From: Desulfomonilia bacterium
GTDB taxonomy: Bacteria > Desulfobacterota > Desulfomonilia > UBA1062
NCBI GenBank assembly: GCA_050014195.1
Contig: JBEKDT010000011.1
Coordinates: 96,001-160,000, forward strand
Reading direction: 5' to 3'
DNA length: 64,000 nucleotides
Part shown: positions 37,607 to 47,733 of the stretch, piece after piece
Layout: each line of letters begins with the position of its first letter
Numbering within the stretch: position 1 is the stretch's first letter
Program-made: the position numbers and the translations under genes
The notes under the pieces: generated by a model
The model's database searches: none
What the model saw: the letters and a program-made list of their open reading frames with translations, nothing else
Told to the model about the DNA's origin: nothing

Positions 37607-38737
37607 ATGGGGCATCTCTATAATGTCGTAAAGCTGACAGGGACCGTCGCAGTTATTTTCGTGTGTGTGATTTCAGCCTCCTGTCACGGAAGCAGCTCAC
37701 ATAAAAGCCCTTCGAACGGGAGCCCGGAACAGACCTCGGCGGTGTATACGTATGATTTAAACGTCCTGGACGATAATACGTATGACCACAAACCATTCAC
37801 CATCACATACACCATTAATGCAAAACCTTATGATGCGACTCTCGGCAGTTTAGTGCCGCTCAGTGGAACGTACGAACCGGATACCGGTACCTATACCTTG
37901 GCAAAATCATCCCTCCTGAATGTTACAACCCAATTCTGGAGTGCCCCCTCGGGAACCTTCACCATCCAGGTGACCTCTCCCATCGAATCGGTGGGGGGCA
38001 AGGTCACCAGCCAGGGTGAATTCAAGGTTATTGAGGTAGGCAGCGGGTCAACAAGCTCAGTGACCGTAACCGTGAGGGATTCAAGTGGTGTGAACCTAAG
38101 CCACAATACGGAATCACCCGTGTTCTTTACCTGGGATCAACTCGACGATCTCTTGGGATCAAGCGCCCCTACATGGCAACAGCAGGCATCTATGGCTGCA
38201 TCCATCATCAACCTCGTGTTGACTCAGATGGTTGCTTCCATGGACTCCATCCTCACTATCGAGAGTAATAAGAGCACCATTGAACAAACTCAGACATATA
38301 CACAAACCGGTGATGCATTTTCAAAGAATACCCATCCCGGAAGCCCTCCAGGCGGTATTCCGGATCAAGGTGACCGGACACTTCAATGGGTTGACACAAA
38401 CGGGGATAAAAAGGCCGGTCCAGGCGACAGCTTCGAATGGACTTACAACTGGTACTGGGAAAACGATCCGAGCAACTCGTTGGACACCCTCTTGTTCGGT
38501 TCCGTGCATCTTGACGGTTTTGTAGAAGAGATAGATACATTAAACGGGGTTGATACACTGAGCAGTGCAGGGTTCGTGCCGGACCAAACGAACAAGAAAC
38601 CGGGCGGTGTGGTGTATGACAGCTTTATCATTTTCGAAACGCAGGAAGATCCTGCCGGCGTGTTCACGATAATAACCTCAAAGACAAAGACCTTGAACGG
38701 AGGGTTCTCAATCAGTTTTTCAGAGCAGACATCATAG
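37607..38737 (+). CDS. Hypothetical S/T-rich lipoprotein
   Basis: RBS AGGAGG; lipobox ISASC; S/P linker; DTNGD loop. Confidence 0.75.
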   Translation: MGHLYNVVKLTGTVAVIFVCVISASCHGSSSHKSPSNGSPEQTSAVYTYDLNVLDDNTYDHKPFTITYTINAKPYDATLGSLVPLSGTYEPDTGTYTLAKSSLLNVTTQFWSAPSGTFTIQVTSPIESVGGKVTSQGEFKVIEVGSGSTSSVTVTVRDSSGVNLSHNTESPVFFTWDQLDDLLGSSAPTWQQQASMAASIINLVLTQMVASMDSILTIESNKSTIEQTQTYTQTGDAFSKNTHPGSPPGGIPDQGDRTLQWVDTNGDKKAGPGDSFEWTYNWYWENDPSNSLDTLLFGSVHLDGFVEEIDTLNGVDTLSSAGFVPDQTNKKPGGVVYDSFIIFETQEDPAGVFTIITSKTKTLNGGFSISFSEQTS

Positions 38738-38935
38738 TGGGGCTTAAGACCTGCGGCTTACGGCATGCGGTGAAAAACGATCTCATGATTCCGTTATCGT
38801 GTGCCGTTCGCCATTCCCCATATTTCATAGAAGTATTGACAAAGCCGGAAAAATCTTCTTTATGAGTTCTCCAGTAACATCGGGGCACGCTTCTTTTTAA
38901 CACCCATGTTCTTTATCGGTACAGGGGGAACAGTA

Positions 38936-39871
38936 ATGATCCATATGGAAAAACTCACCAAATTTTACGGCGATTTCTGTGCAGTGGACAATATTGACCT
39001 TGACATACACAAGGGCGAGATCATGGGCCTGCTGGGCCCTAACGGTGCAGGCAAGACAACGACGCTGCGCATGATCACAGGCTATCTGGAGCCCTCTTCG
39101 GGCAGCATCAAGGTAAAGGACTTCAGCACTGCCGAGGACATGCTCTCGATCAAGAAGCTCATGGGCTACCTCCCTGAGTCCGCACCGCTCTACCACAACA
39201 TGCTCGTGTATGATTATCTCGACTATGTGGCAAAAGTGAGAGGACTCGAAGGGGAGAAGAAAAACACCCGCATCCGTGCAATGGTTGACCTGTGCGGGCT
39301 GAAGGGGATCATGCACAAGACCATAGGAGTGCTCTCCAAAGGACTCAAGCAGCGGGTAGGCCTTGCGCACGCCATGATCGACGAGCCTGAGATACTCGTG
39401 CTCGACGAGCCGACCTCGGGCCTTGACCCGAACCAGATCGTGGAGATCCGCGACATCATCCGCGCCATAGGCAAGGACAAGACCATTGTCCTGTCCACGC
39501 ACATCTTAAGCGAGGCAGAGGCTACATGCGACCGCATCGTCATCATCGACAAGGGCAAGATCGTGGCGGACGGCAGCACCGAGATGCTCAAGATGGGCAC
39601 AGGCCGGGAAAAGACCATCTATCTGTCACTGAAGGGTGCCGACTTCCCTCAGGCCCGCGCGCTGATATCCACCATATCAGGCGTTTCCCGTGTCGATGAG
39701 GAGCCGCCTACTGCGGGCGAGCTGAGGCTGAAGCTGACCACCAGCGCTACGGATGACCCTCGGGAGCCTATTTACCGCGCAATCAAGGCCACTGACTGGA
39801 CCCTGCTGGAGCTCCGTCAGGAAGGCAAGTCCCTGGAGAAGATCTTCAGGGAGCTGACTCGGGAGGAATAA
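38936..39871 (+). CDS. ABC transporter ATPase (GldA-like)
   Basis: GPNGAGKTT, LSKGLKQRVG, DEPTSGLDPNQ. Confidence 0.9.
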   Translation: MIHMEKLTKFYGDFCAVDNIDLDIHKGEIMGLLGPNGAGKTTTLRMITGYLEPSSGSIKVKDFSTAEDMLSIKKLMGYLPESAPLYHNMLVYDYLDYVAKVRGLEGEKKNTRIRAMVDLCGLKGIMHKTIGVLSKGLKQRVGLAHAMIDEPEILVLDEPTSGLDPNQIVEIRDIIRAIGKDKTIVLSTHILSEAEATCDRIVIIDKGKIVADGSTEMLKMGTGREKTIYLSLKGADFPQARALISTISGVSRVDEEPPTAGELRLKLTTSATDDPREPIYRAIKATDWTLLELRQEGKSLEKIFRELTREE

Positions 39872-39872
39872 A

Positions 39873-40577
39873 ATGGCCAAGGCCCTGCAAATCTTCTCCA
39901 AGGAACTCAAAGACTACTTCGTCTCCCCGATCGCCTATATCGTGATCTGCATCTTCCTGCTGATATCGGGCTGGTTTTTCTTCTCCACCTTTTTTCTCGT
40001 GAACCAGGCCAACCTGCGTACCTTCTTTTCCATGCTGCCGCTCATCTTTCCATTCGTGATACCTGCCGTCACCATGAGGCTCTTTGCCGAGGAACTGCAC
40101 ATCGGCAGCTTTGAGATGCTGCTGACGCTACCGGTGAGACTTTCCGACGTGATCATGGGAAAGTTTCTGGCCTGTGTGGCGTTTGTGGTCCTCATGATGG
40201 CGCCCACCCTTTCGTATGCCATCTGGGCATCGTTTATGGGCGAGATCGACTGGGGCCCTGTTATCGGCGGGTTTTTCGGAGCAGTGCTCCTGGGAAGCGC
40301 CTACAGCGCCATCGGCATCTTCGCATCCGCCACGACCCGCAACCAGATCATCGCATTCATCATTGGCATGGTCATCTGCTTTCTTTTAAGCCTTGTGGAT
40401 AAGATGCTCTTTTTCTTCCCGGCGCCGATGCTCCCCTTTATCCATTATCTGGGGGCCGGGTTCCATTTCGAGAATGTCGCCAAGGGCATCATCGACACGC
40501 GTGACATGATCTATTTCCTCAGCATTATCTTTATTGCGCTCTACGGCGCAAACCTCACCATGCAGGAAAAGCGATAA
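39873..40577 (+). CDS. ABC-2 permease (GldF-like)
   Basis: KELKDYFVSPIAY, TMRLFAEE...G..EMLLTLP, NQIIAF. Confidence 0.88.
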   Translation: MAKALQIFSKELKDYFVSPIAYIVICIFLLISGWFFFSTFFLVNQANLRTFFSMLPLIFPFVIPAVTMRLFAEELHIGSFEMLLTLPVRLSDVIMGKFLACVAFVVLMMAPTLSYAIWASFMGEIDWGPVIGGFFGAVLLGSAYSAIGIFASATTRNQIIAFIIGMVICFLLSLVDKMLFFFPAPMLPFIHYLGAGFHFENVAKGIIDTRDMIYFLSIIFIALYGANLTMQEKR

Positions 40578-40588
40578 GGAGAAGGGCC

Positions 40589-42748
40589 ATGATGAAACAG
40601 AAGCGGTATGGAAAATTTGCCGTCTACATCGCAGCTATTGTGCTCATTAACCTCGTAGCCGCAACCTTGTTCTTCAGGCTCGATCTCACTGCCAACAAGG
40701 TATACTCGCTCTCCAAGGTGAGCAGGGATGTGGTATCCACCCTGAAGGAGCCTCTCACCATCAATGTCTTCTTCACCTCAAACCTGCCCTCGCCCTACAA
40801 CACCGTCGAGCAGTACATCAAAGACATGCTCGGCGAATATGCCCTGAATGCAAATACCTACTTCAACTACCGGTTCTACGACGTGAGCGTCGAAGGTGAG
40901 ATCGATGCAGCAAGGACGGAGGAAAACCGCAAGCTCGCCCAAAACTACGGCATCAGCCCGGTACAGATCCAGGTGGTGGAAAAGGACGAGATGAAGTTCA
41001 AAAAGGCCTATATGGGCCTTGTGCTCATCCACGGCGACATGGTGGAGCGCATCCCCACCATAACCTCGACCGACGGGCTTGAATACAAGCTCACCACCGC
41101 GATCCAGAGGCTCAACAACAAGATCAGCGCACTACTGAACCTCAAGGACAAAGTGAAGGTAAGGCTCTACATCTCGCCCTCCCTCCAGGGCGTAGCCCCG
41201 CAAATGGGCATCAAGGACCTGCCCAAGGTGTCTTCTGATATAAAAAAAGTGGTTGACGACCTGAACGCCCGCATGTACGGCAAGCTCGATTATGCCTTCT
41301 CGGAACCGGCCGACGAAGCCGAGATGACGAAGCTCTCAAAAAGCTACAACCTCATGACGCTCAAATGGCCGGCCCTCGAGGGCGGCCGTGTCCCTGCCGG
41401 CTCCGGCGTCATCGGGCTGGTCACGGAATATGGCGGCAAATCGTTCATGATCCCGGTCCTGCAGGCCTTCAACCTCCCCTTGTTCGGGACCCAGTACAAG
41501 CTTACTGATACCCGCGCCATAGAGGATGCCGTCGAGCAGGGCGTCGAATCTTTGATCGGTATCAACGAAACCCTGGGATACCTCTCGGATAAGGGAACAC
41601 TCGATATGTACGGCGGACCGGGTGCTACGGCATCACTGGCGAGCTTTAACAACCTTGCATCCAAGAGCTACTCCATAAAGGACATCAACTTAAAAGGGGG
41701 CATTCCCGAAGGGCTTTCATGCCTGCTCATCGTCCGGCCTACCGAGCAGTTCAGCGATTATGACCTGTACCAGATCGACCAGGCCCTCATGAAAGGGACA
41801 AACCTTGCCGTCTTCCTCGACCCCTTTAAGGAGGCTGCACCAACAGGCTCCCCCTATCAGCAGCAGGGACAGGTCGTGCCCGTGAACACAGGGCTTGAGA
41901 AGCTGTTTGCCAATTACGGGGTCAAGGTTAACCAGTCCTATGTCCTGGACGAGAACTGCTTCAAGCAGAGGCTCCCCGAGCAGTACGGCGGCGGCGAGCA
42001 GAAAATATACTTTGCCCCGATGATCGAGAGCTCTCAGATCAACGCTAAGCTCGACTTCATGAAGAACATCAAGGAGCTCATCACCTACAAGATTGCCCCG
42101 CTTACGCTCTTTGATGAGCAGATCAAGAAAAACAAGCTGAACCCCTTAAGGCTTTTCTCCTCTTCTGAGAAGTCCTGGGAGATGAAGGACCAGATAGTCC
42201 TCAACCCCATGTTCATCAGGCCTCCTGCATCCGGCGAGGGCATGGCGAGCAGGGCGCTTGCCTATATCATAGAGGGGAGCTTCCCGAGTTATTTTGCCGG
42301 AAAGCCTATACCCGAGAAGCCCGCTGAAGCGGCCGCGCCACAAGCAAAAGAAGACAAGCAGAAGGGTGATGAAGGCGCGAAGAACCCTGAAGCCGGCCGG
42401 CTTGAGCACAAGGGTGACTTCCTCCCGGTCTCGAAACCGGCCAAGATCTTTATCATCGGTTCATCCGAGATGCTCACGGACAATCTGATTACCGAACAGG
42501 GCGACAATCCCAATTCCACGCTCATCATGAATATCATCGATGTCCTGAACAACAAGTCAGACATAGCACTCATGCGGAGCAAGATCCAGTCATTCAACCC
42601 CCTGGAGGTCAAGGATGAGAAGATCAAGGTTGCGGCCAAGGCGTTTAATATCGCAGGTCTTCCCGTTATCGTCGTGATCTTCGGGTTATTTGTATGGCTC
42701 AGGCGGCACAGCCGCAAGAAACGTATCGAGGCCGCCTTTCATGGATAA
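40589..42748 (+). CDS. GldG-like ABC auxiliary protein
   Basis: RLDLTANKVYSLS, LEYKLTTAI, DQALMKG; C-terminal TM helix and basic tail. Confidence 0.85.
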   Translation: MMKQKRYGKFAVYIAAIVLINLVAATLFFRLDLTANKVYSLSKVSRDVVSTLKEPLTINVFFTSNLPSPYNTVEQYIKDMLGEYALNANTYFNYRFYDVSVEGEIDAARTEENRKLAQNYGISPVQIQVVEKDEMKFKKAYMGLVLIHGDMVERIPTITSTDGLEYKLTTAIQRLNNKISALLNLKDKVKVRLYISPSLQGVAPQMGIKDLPKVSSDIKKVVDDLNARMYGKLDYAFSEPADEAEMTKLSKSYNLMTLKWPALEGGRVPAGSGVIGLVTEYGGKSFMIPVLQAFNLPLFGTQYKLTDTRAIEDAVEQGVESLIGINETLGYLSDKGTLDMYGGPGATASLASFNNLASKSYSIKDINLKGGIPEGLSCLLIVRPTEQFSDYDLYQIDQALMKGTNLAVFLDPFKEAAPTGSPYQQQGQVVPVNTGLEKLFANYGVKVNQSYVLDENCFKQRLPEQYGGGEQKIYFAPMIESSQINAKLDFMKNIKELITYKIAPLTLFDEQIKKNKLNPLRLFSSSEKSWEMKDQIVLNPMFIRPPASGEGMASRALAYIIEGSFPSYFAGKPIPEKPAEAAAPQAKEDKQKGDEGAKNPEAGRLEHKGDFLPVSKPAKIFIIGSSEMLTDNLITEQGDNPNSTLIMNIIDVLNNKSDIALMRSKIQSFNPLEVKDEKIKVAAKAFNIAGLPVIVVIFGLFVWLRRHSRKKRIEAAFHG

Positions 42749-42758
42749 GGGGTGAGGT

Positions 42759-43697
42759 ATGAACGTGAAAAAGGAATACATACTGCTGGCATTGCTCATT
42801 GCATCATCCATCGCATATCTTGTCTTCGAGCGGACGGACCGTGTCCATTACACATTGCCGAAGCTCAAGGCAGTAAAGACGGACGAAATAACAAAGATCG
42901 AGATGACCCATGCAGGCAGTAGAATAGCTCTCACGAAAAAGGACGACTCATGGTATATCTCTCCCAACAACTGGCGAGCCGATCAGACCAAGATTTCCGA
43001 AATGCTTGAAAAGCTTTCCGGGCTTGTCGTGACCGACCTGGTGTCCGAATCAAAGACCTATGAACGCTATGCGCTCGATGACAAGAACAAGTTGATCCTG
43101 AAGGCCTACTCGGGCAACGTGCTCAATCGGGAGCTGGATGTCGGCAAGGTTGCAACCACCAACCAGCACACCTATATCAGATTCCCCGGTAACGACAAGG
43201 TCTATCTCGCAAGCGGTGATCTGTCCCGGCTGTTCCAGACCCCTGCTGCCGAGTTGAGAGACATGCTCGTCTTTTCCATCAACCCTCCGGACATTACCGG
43301 CATCAGTATCGAACAGTATGGTAAAAAGATCGTCCTTAACCGGGAGGAACTCCCGCAGGATAAGTCGCAAAAAAAACCAGACAAGGATGCGGTCAAGCTC
43401 TTTATCTGGAAAGACGAAAAGGGTGCGGTTGTGGACAAGGCGAAAATCGATGCCTTCCTTTCCGTCCTGAGCAAGATCTACGGTGAAGGATACCTGGACG
43501 ATGCCATGAAGGCCTCACTGACAAATCCGGCCATAACCCTGAAGATCAAAGGGTCAAAGGAATACGTCCTCTCCATCTTTGATAAGACCTCCGAGAAGAT
43601 CCCGGCCCTGTCTTCTCAGAGCGAATCACCCTTTGTATTCCCCGGCTATAAATTGGATACCCTGAAAAAATCGCTGGATGAGATTGCGAAAAAGTGA
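42759..43697 (+). CDS. DUF4340-like protein
   Basis: N-terminal anchor; usual fourth gene of GldAFG-type operons. Confidence 0.7.
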   Translation: MNVKKEYILLALLIASSIAYLVFERTDRVHYTLPKLKAVKTDEITKIEMTHAGSRIALTKKDDSWYISPNNWRADQTKISEMLEKLSGLVVTDLVSESKTYERYALDDKNKLILKAYSGNVLNRELDVGKVATTNQHTYIRFPGNDKVYLASGDLSRLFQTPAAELRDMLVFSINPPDITGISIEQYGKKIVLNREELPQDKSQKKPDKDAVKLFIWKDEKGAVVDKAKIDAFLSVLSKIYGEGYLDDAMKASLTNPAITLKIKGSKEYVLSIFDKTSEKIPALSSQSESPFVFPGYKLDTLKKSLDEIAKK

Positions 43698-43725
43698 TTA
43701 TGGACTTCCCTAGGGAGAATGACCC

Positions 43726-44586
43726 ATGGTGAAAAACCAGATGCCCAAGGTACTTCTGCAGGATATCGGTGATGTGGATCTCTCCTACCTGCTTTACGAA
43801 GGTGATGGGCCCACGATCGTGCTCATGCATGCCACCGGCTTCCTGCCCTGGCTGTGGCACCCCATTGCCCGAGAGCTCGCGCCCAGGTGGCGTGTGATCG
43901 CCCCATACTTCTGCGACCATCGTGATTCCGACCCTGAGAAGGGGGGCTTGAACTGGCTGACCATTGCCCAGGATCTTGCAACCTTCTGCAAACGGCTCGG
44001 CCTTGATAGGCCTGCCATGGCAGGCCACTCCATGGGTGCCACGGTGATCACTCTTGCCAATGCGGCATTCGATCTTGATGCACGCGGTCTCATCCTCATC
44101 GAGCCGATCTTCCTGCCCGAGGATTTCTATAAGGCGCAGATAACCATCGACCTCCATCCGCTCGCCTCCAAGGCAATACGCAGGAGGGACACATGGAGCG
44201 ATACCGATGAGGCGCATGCGTATTTGAGGTCAAAGCCAATGTTCAAGAACTGGGATAGCGAGATGCTCGACCTTTACGTGGAATACGGCATGAAGAACCT
44301 CGATGCAGGAGGCCTCCAGCTTGCGTGCTCTCCCAAGAGGGAGGCATCACTGTTCATGGGCGGCATGCAGTACGATCCCTGGCCGCTGCTTCCCAAGGTG
44401 ACCTGCCCTACCCTGATCCTCGAAGGAGAAGAAAGTGAGAACCGGGCCTTCATTGACCTGAAGAAGGCCGCCTCCACATTCAAACAGGCCACCTACCGTA
44501 TGGTTAACGGTGCCGGACACCTTATCCCTCAGGAAAAGCCGGCGGAGACGATTGAGATTATCAGAGACTTTTTTGGCCCGCTATAA
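43726..44586 (+). CDS. Alpha/beta hydrolase
   Basis: HATGF, GHSMG nucleophile motif, AGHLIP. Confidence 0.88.
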   Translation: MVKNQMPKVLLQDIGDVDLSYLLYEGDGPTIVLMHATGFLPWLWHPIARELAPRWRVIAPYFCDHRDSDPEKGGLNWLTIAQDLATFCKRLGLDRPAMAGHSMGATVITLANAAFDLDARGLILIEPIFLPEDFYKAQITIDLHPLASKAIRRRDTWSDTDEAHAYLRSKPMFKNWDSEMLDLYVEYGMKNLDAGGLQLACSPKREASLFMGGMQYDPWPLLPKVTCPTLILEGEESENRAFIDLKKAASTFKQATYRMVNGAGHLIPQEKPAETIEIIRDFFGPL

Positions 44587-44620
44587 AGAGTGCCTTGATG
44601 CACCTTGCGATACTAAATCC

Positions 44621-45706
44621 ATGCATGACTCAAGAAAAATCATCCATATCGACATGGATGCCTTTTATGCCTCTGTGGAACAGAGGGATAATCCACGCCT
44701 TAAAGGCAAGCCCGTTATAGTCGGTGGTGAGCCCGAACAGAGGGGTGTTGTAGCTGCCTGTTCATATGAGGCCCGCAAGTTCGGCATCCATTCAGCCATG
44801 TCATCGGCAAAGGCAAAAAGGCTCTGCCCCCATGCCATCTTTCTCAAGCCTAGATTCAGGGAATATCAGGCGGTCTCAGAGAGAATCATGGCGATCTTCT
44901 GCGACTACACCGACTGCGTTGAGCCCTTGTCCCTGGATGAGGCCTTCTTGGATGTGACGGTAAACAAGAAACACCTAAAACTGGCGACTATGATCGCCCG
45001 GGAGATCAGGCTGAGGATAAGAGAGGCCCTCTCTTTAACGGCATCTGCCGGGGTCTCTTACAACAAGTTCCTCGCCAAGGCCGCCTCAGACTTTCACAAG
45101 CCCGATGGACTCACGGTTATCACCCCGGATAAGGCATTATCCTTTATCGCAAACTTACCCATCCGAAAATTCTACGGCGTGGGCAAGGTGACGGAGCAAA
45201 AGATGCTCTCACTCGGCATCAGGACCGGTGCGGATCTCATGACCATATCTCGAGAAGACCTGCTGTGTTTGTTCGGTAAGACAGGTTGGTTCTTTTATGG
45301 GATTGCGCGTGGATACGACCCGAGACCCGTGACACCGGAACGTGAGAGGAAATCCGTCGGCAAGGAGATTACCCTTAAGCGAGACACCGACGACCTGGCC
45401 CGGATGGCTGAAATCATCTCTCGGCTTGCCTGCAGCGTCTCAAAAATTATGAAGAAAGAAGGTCTTACAGGACGCACCGTGACACTGAAGCTGAAGTACT
45501 ATGACTTCCGTTCCATCACCAGAAGTATTACCCTCACGGGGTTCTCGAACGATGCAGAGTCCATAACGAAGCAGGCCCTTATCCTGTTGCGTGATACCGA
45601 TGCAGGGAATAAAAAGGTGAGGCTCTTGGGAGTGAGCGTTTCAAACTTTTCAGGGAATGAAAATGAGAATTACCGATACACGCAGATGTTATTGCCGTTT
45701 GATTGA
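44621..45706 (+). CDS. dinB: DNA polymerase IV
   Basis: HIDMDAFYASVE, SYEARKFG, LSLDEAFLD, NKFLAK, KPDG, VRLLGV. Confidence 0.95.
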   Translation: MHDSRKIIHIDMDAFYASVEQRDNPRLKGKPVIVGGEPEQRGVVAACSYEARKFGIHSAMSSAKAKRLCPHAIFLKPRFREYQAVSERIMAIFCDYTDCVEPLSLDEAFLDVTVNKKHLKLATMIAREIRLRIREALSLTASAGVSYNKFLAKAASDFHKPDGLTVITPDKALSFIANLPIRKFYGVGKVTEQKMLSLGIRTGADLMTISREDLLCLFGKTGWFFYGIARGYDPRPVTPERERKSVGKEITLKRDTDDLARMAEIISRLACSVSKIMKKEGLTGRTVTLKLKYYDFRSITRSITLTGFSNDAESITKQALILLRDTDAGNKKVRLLGVSVSNFSGNENENYRYTQMLLPFD

Positions 45707-45707
45707 A

Positions 45708-45826
45708 TTAAGTTTAAAGTTTGAAGTGTTAAGTTTGAGGTTTTATTCTGTGCTTTTGAGTTATTAAGCGTGGAAAAAGTTATTCTAATCCGATACTTAA
45801 ATCTTAACACTTAAAAACTTAAAACT
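45708..45826. repeat. Inverted arrays of TTAAGTT-type heptamers
   Basis: TTAAGTT TAAAGTT TGAAGTG TTAAGTT TGAGGTT ... ACTTAAA TCTTAAC ACTTAAAA ACTTAAA between convergent genes. Confidence 0.75.
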
Positions 45827-45832
45827 ATTTTA

Positions 45833-46285
45833 TTACGACCTTCTCTTCCGCCTTACCGACAGTGAATCCGGAAAGATACTGAGGCCTTCCGCCGCTTTGC
45901 TGCAGAGCTTTTTCCATTCTTTCACATCGGATACCTTATAAATCACAATGGAAAGCTCAAGAGTATCCGCCTCGGTCCGGATCACATCACCCCATATGAT
46001 GATGTTATCTTCTTCGAGGACCACTTCTATGGGCCTGCCAACGAGATGCAAGGCATTGGCCGGGGTGAGGCTTTTTTTTGCATCCATGGGCGATCCGACA
46101 ACCTTGAGCGACATACCGCCGATAGAGATGTTCTTGGTCTCGGCCAAGGCGATAACGCTCTGGATTCCCTGGAGTATCTTGCCGGAATCCCGGCTTGAAA
46201 GAGATATCTTAAGCCGGGCGGGATACCTTGCTGATTGTCGCTCATGCCTACGCCTCTCTTTCCCGTTCACTTTAATTTTAGACAT
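45833..46285 (-). CDS. PilZ-domain protein
   Basis: ERRRHER (RxxxR) and NISIGG (D/NxSxxG). Confidence 0.8.
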   Translation of the reverse strand: MSKIKVNGKERRRHERQSARYPARLKISLSSRDSGKILQGIQSVIALAETKNISIGGMSLKVVGSPMDAKKSLTPANALHLVGRPIEVVLEEDNIIIWGDVIRTEADTLELSIVIYKVSDVKEWKKLCSKAAEGLSIFPDSLSVRRKRRS

Positions 46286-46487
46286 AGACCTCTTCTCGTC
46301 ATTTATTCTGCTATACTTTATACTCCTGTTCATTCCAGACTCGAACACCCTTACAGGGCAGGAAAGACGCATTTTATGATTACTTCTCTTTCTTATGAAT
46401 GTAGTGTATAAATTGTTTACAATAAAAATAGCTCTAACTTATAATGGTTATGATATATGGAGAAATTTTCATAAGAGGGGTCATACC

Positions 46488-46835
46488 ATGGATGCAGATG
46501 ACACTGCTCACGAGCGGCGAAAAGAACATCGGAAAAAGGTCAAGATCACGCTACTGCTCAAGATGGGTGTGCTGATCAATGGACGCGGCATTGCAAAGGA
46601 CATCAGCCACCATGGGATGTGCCTGGTCTCACCTCAGATCTTCAAAGCCATGAGCACCATTCAACAGAAAGACTTCTTAGGCGCGCCGCTACGCGTCATG
46701 ATTCCATCTGAGGCATTGACCGTCAACGGGGTACTTGCTTGGGCCGACTTCAAGAGGGGTGAAGGCGCCATCAACATAACAAGCACCTCGGATGATGAAA
46801 AGTGGTTGGAATTTATACAAAGAGATAAACCCTAA
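46488..46835 (+). CDS. PilZ-domain protein
   Basis: ERRKEHR and DISHHG. Confidence 0.78.
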   Translation: MDADDTAHERRKEHRKKVKITLLLKMGVLINGRGIAKDISHHGMCLVSPQIFKAMSTIQQKDFLGAPLRVMIPSEALTVNGVLAWADFKRGEGAINITSTSDDEKWLEFIQRDKP

Positions 46836-46948
46836 GCGTGAAGAGTGACGAGAAACCGGGACCAGGGCTGATGTTTAATCCCAATTCCGCCCATTGAAAG
46901 ACTTTTCCGTTTCCTTCCATTTTTGAATCCTGACTACCGAGTCCTTCC

Positions 46949-47689
46949 TTAAAACAACCTCGACTCTGTGATTCTCTTCATAACATCCTCAAATCCCGGA
47001 TCAGGTGCCAGGTCTGTCCCTCGCGCCGCCTTCTTCGCCAGCGCATCGCATCGTTCATTTTCCGGGTTGCCTGCATGACCGCGCACCCAGCAAAAGACCA
47101 TATCATGCCTATCAATGAGACCAAGCAGCTCTGCCCACAGGTCGCTGTTGACGGCCCTGTGGGTCTTGTCTCGCATCCAGTTCCTCGAACGCCACTTGAG
47201 GGCCCAACCTTTCTGGATGGCATTGACCACATACTGCGAATCGGTGAAAAGCACTGCATTTGATCGTTGTTTCAGCGCTCGTAGAGCCTGGATACAGGCC
47301 ACGAGTTCCATACGGTTGTTTGTGGTGAGCCGATACCCGCCTGAGAGCTCGCTACGTTTATCCCCTTTAATAATTACAACTCCATAACCGCCCGGTCCGG
47401 GATTTTCAATGCAACCGCCATCAGTATATATGCGGATAGGACGATTTTGCACATCCCGGGTGCTTTCCTCTGTCTCTTCATGGTGACGTGCCGTGGGCTT
47501 AGATGCAGGAGTATATCGTGGATAGAGCATAAAGTCTTGGGCCTCAGGCATGGTGGTGAATCCCCGGTACAGAGCACCGGTGAAACCCCTTATCTGCTCC
47601 TCTGCGCCCCCTGGTCCGAACCAGCGAGTATAGATCCCGGGTGTCCTACCTCTCACAACGGCGTAAAATCGTTTCTTTCCCTGAGACAA
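46949..47689 (-). CDS. rnhA: Ribonuclease HI with N-terminal hybrid-binding domain
   Basis: FYAVVRGRTPGIYTRW; YTDGGC, TTNNRMEL, TDSQYV, WVRGHAG.PENERCD; TTG start after AGAGGA. Confidence 0.92.
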   Translation of the reverse strand: MSQGKKRFYAVVRGRTPGIYTRWFGPGGAEEQIRGFTGALYRGFTTMPEAQDFMLYPRYTPASKPTARHHEETEESTRDVQNRPIRIYTDGGCIENPGPGGYGVVIIKGDKRSELSGGYRLTTNNRMELVACIQALRALKQRSNAVLFTDSQYVVNAIQKGWALKWRSRNWMRDKTHRAVNSDLWAELLGLIDRHDMVFCWVRGHAGNPENERCDALAKKAARGTDLAPDPGFEDVMKRITESRLF

Positions 47690-47733
47690 TCGGAATCCTC
47701 TCTTATAACTCTTATTATCATCTGTTGACTCAA

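Noticed and set aside
38936-43697. Gliding motility machinery
   Set aside because: GldAFG-like ABC systems are widespread in non-gliding bacteria, and no T9SS or motor genes are present here.
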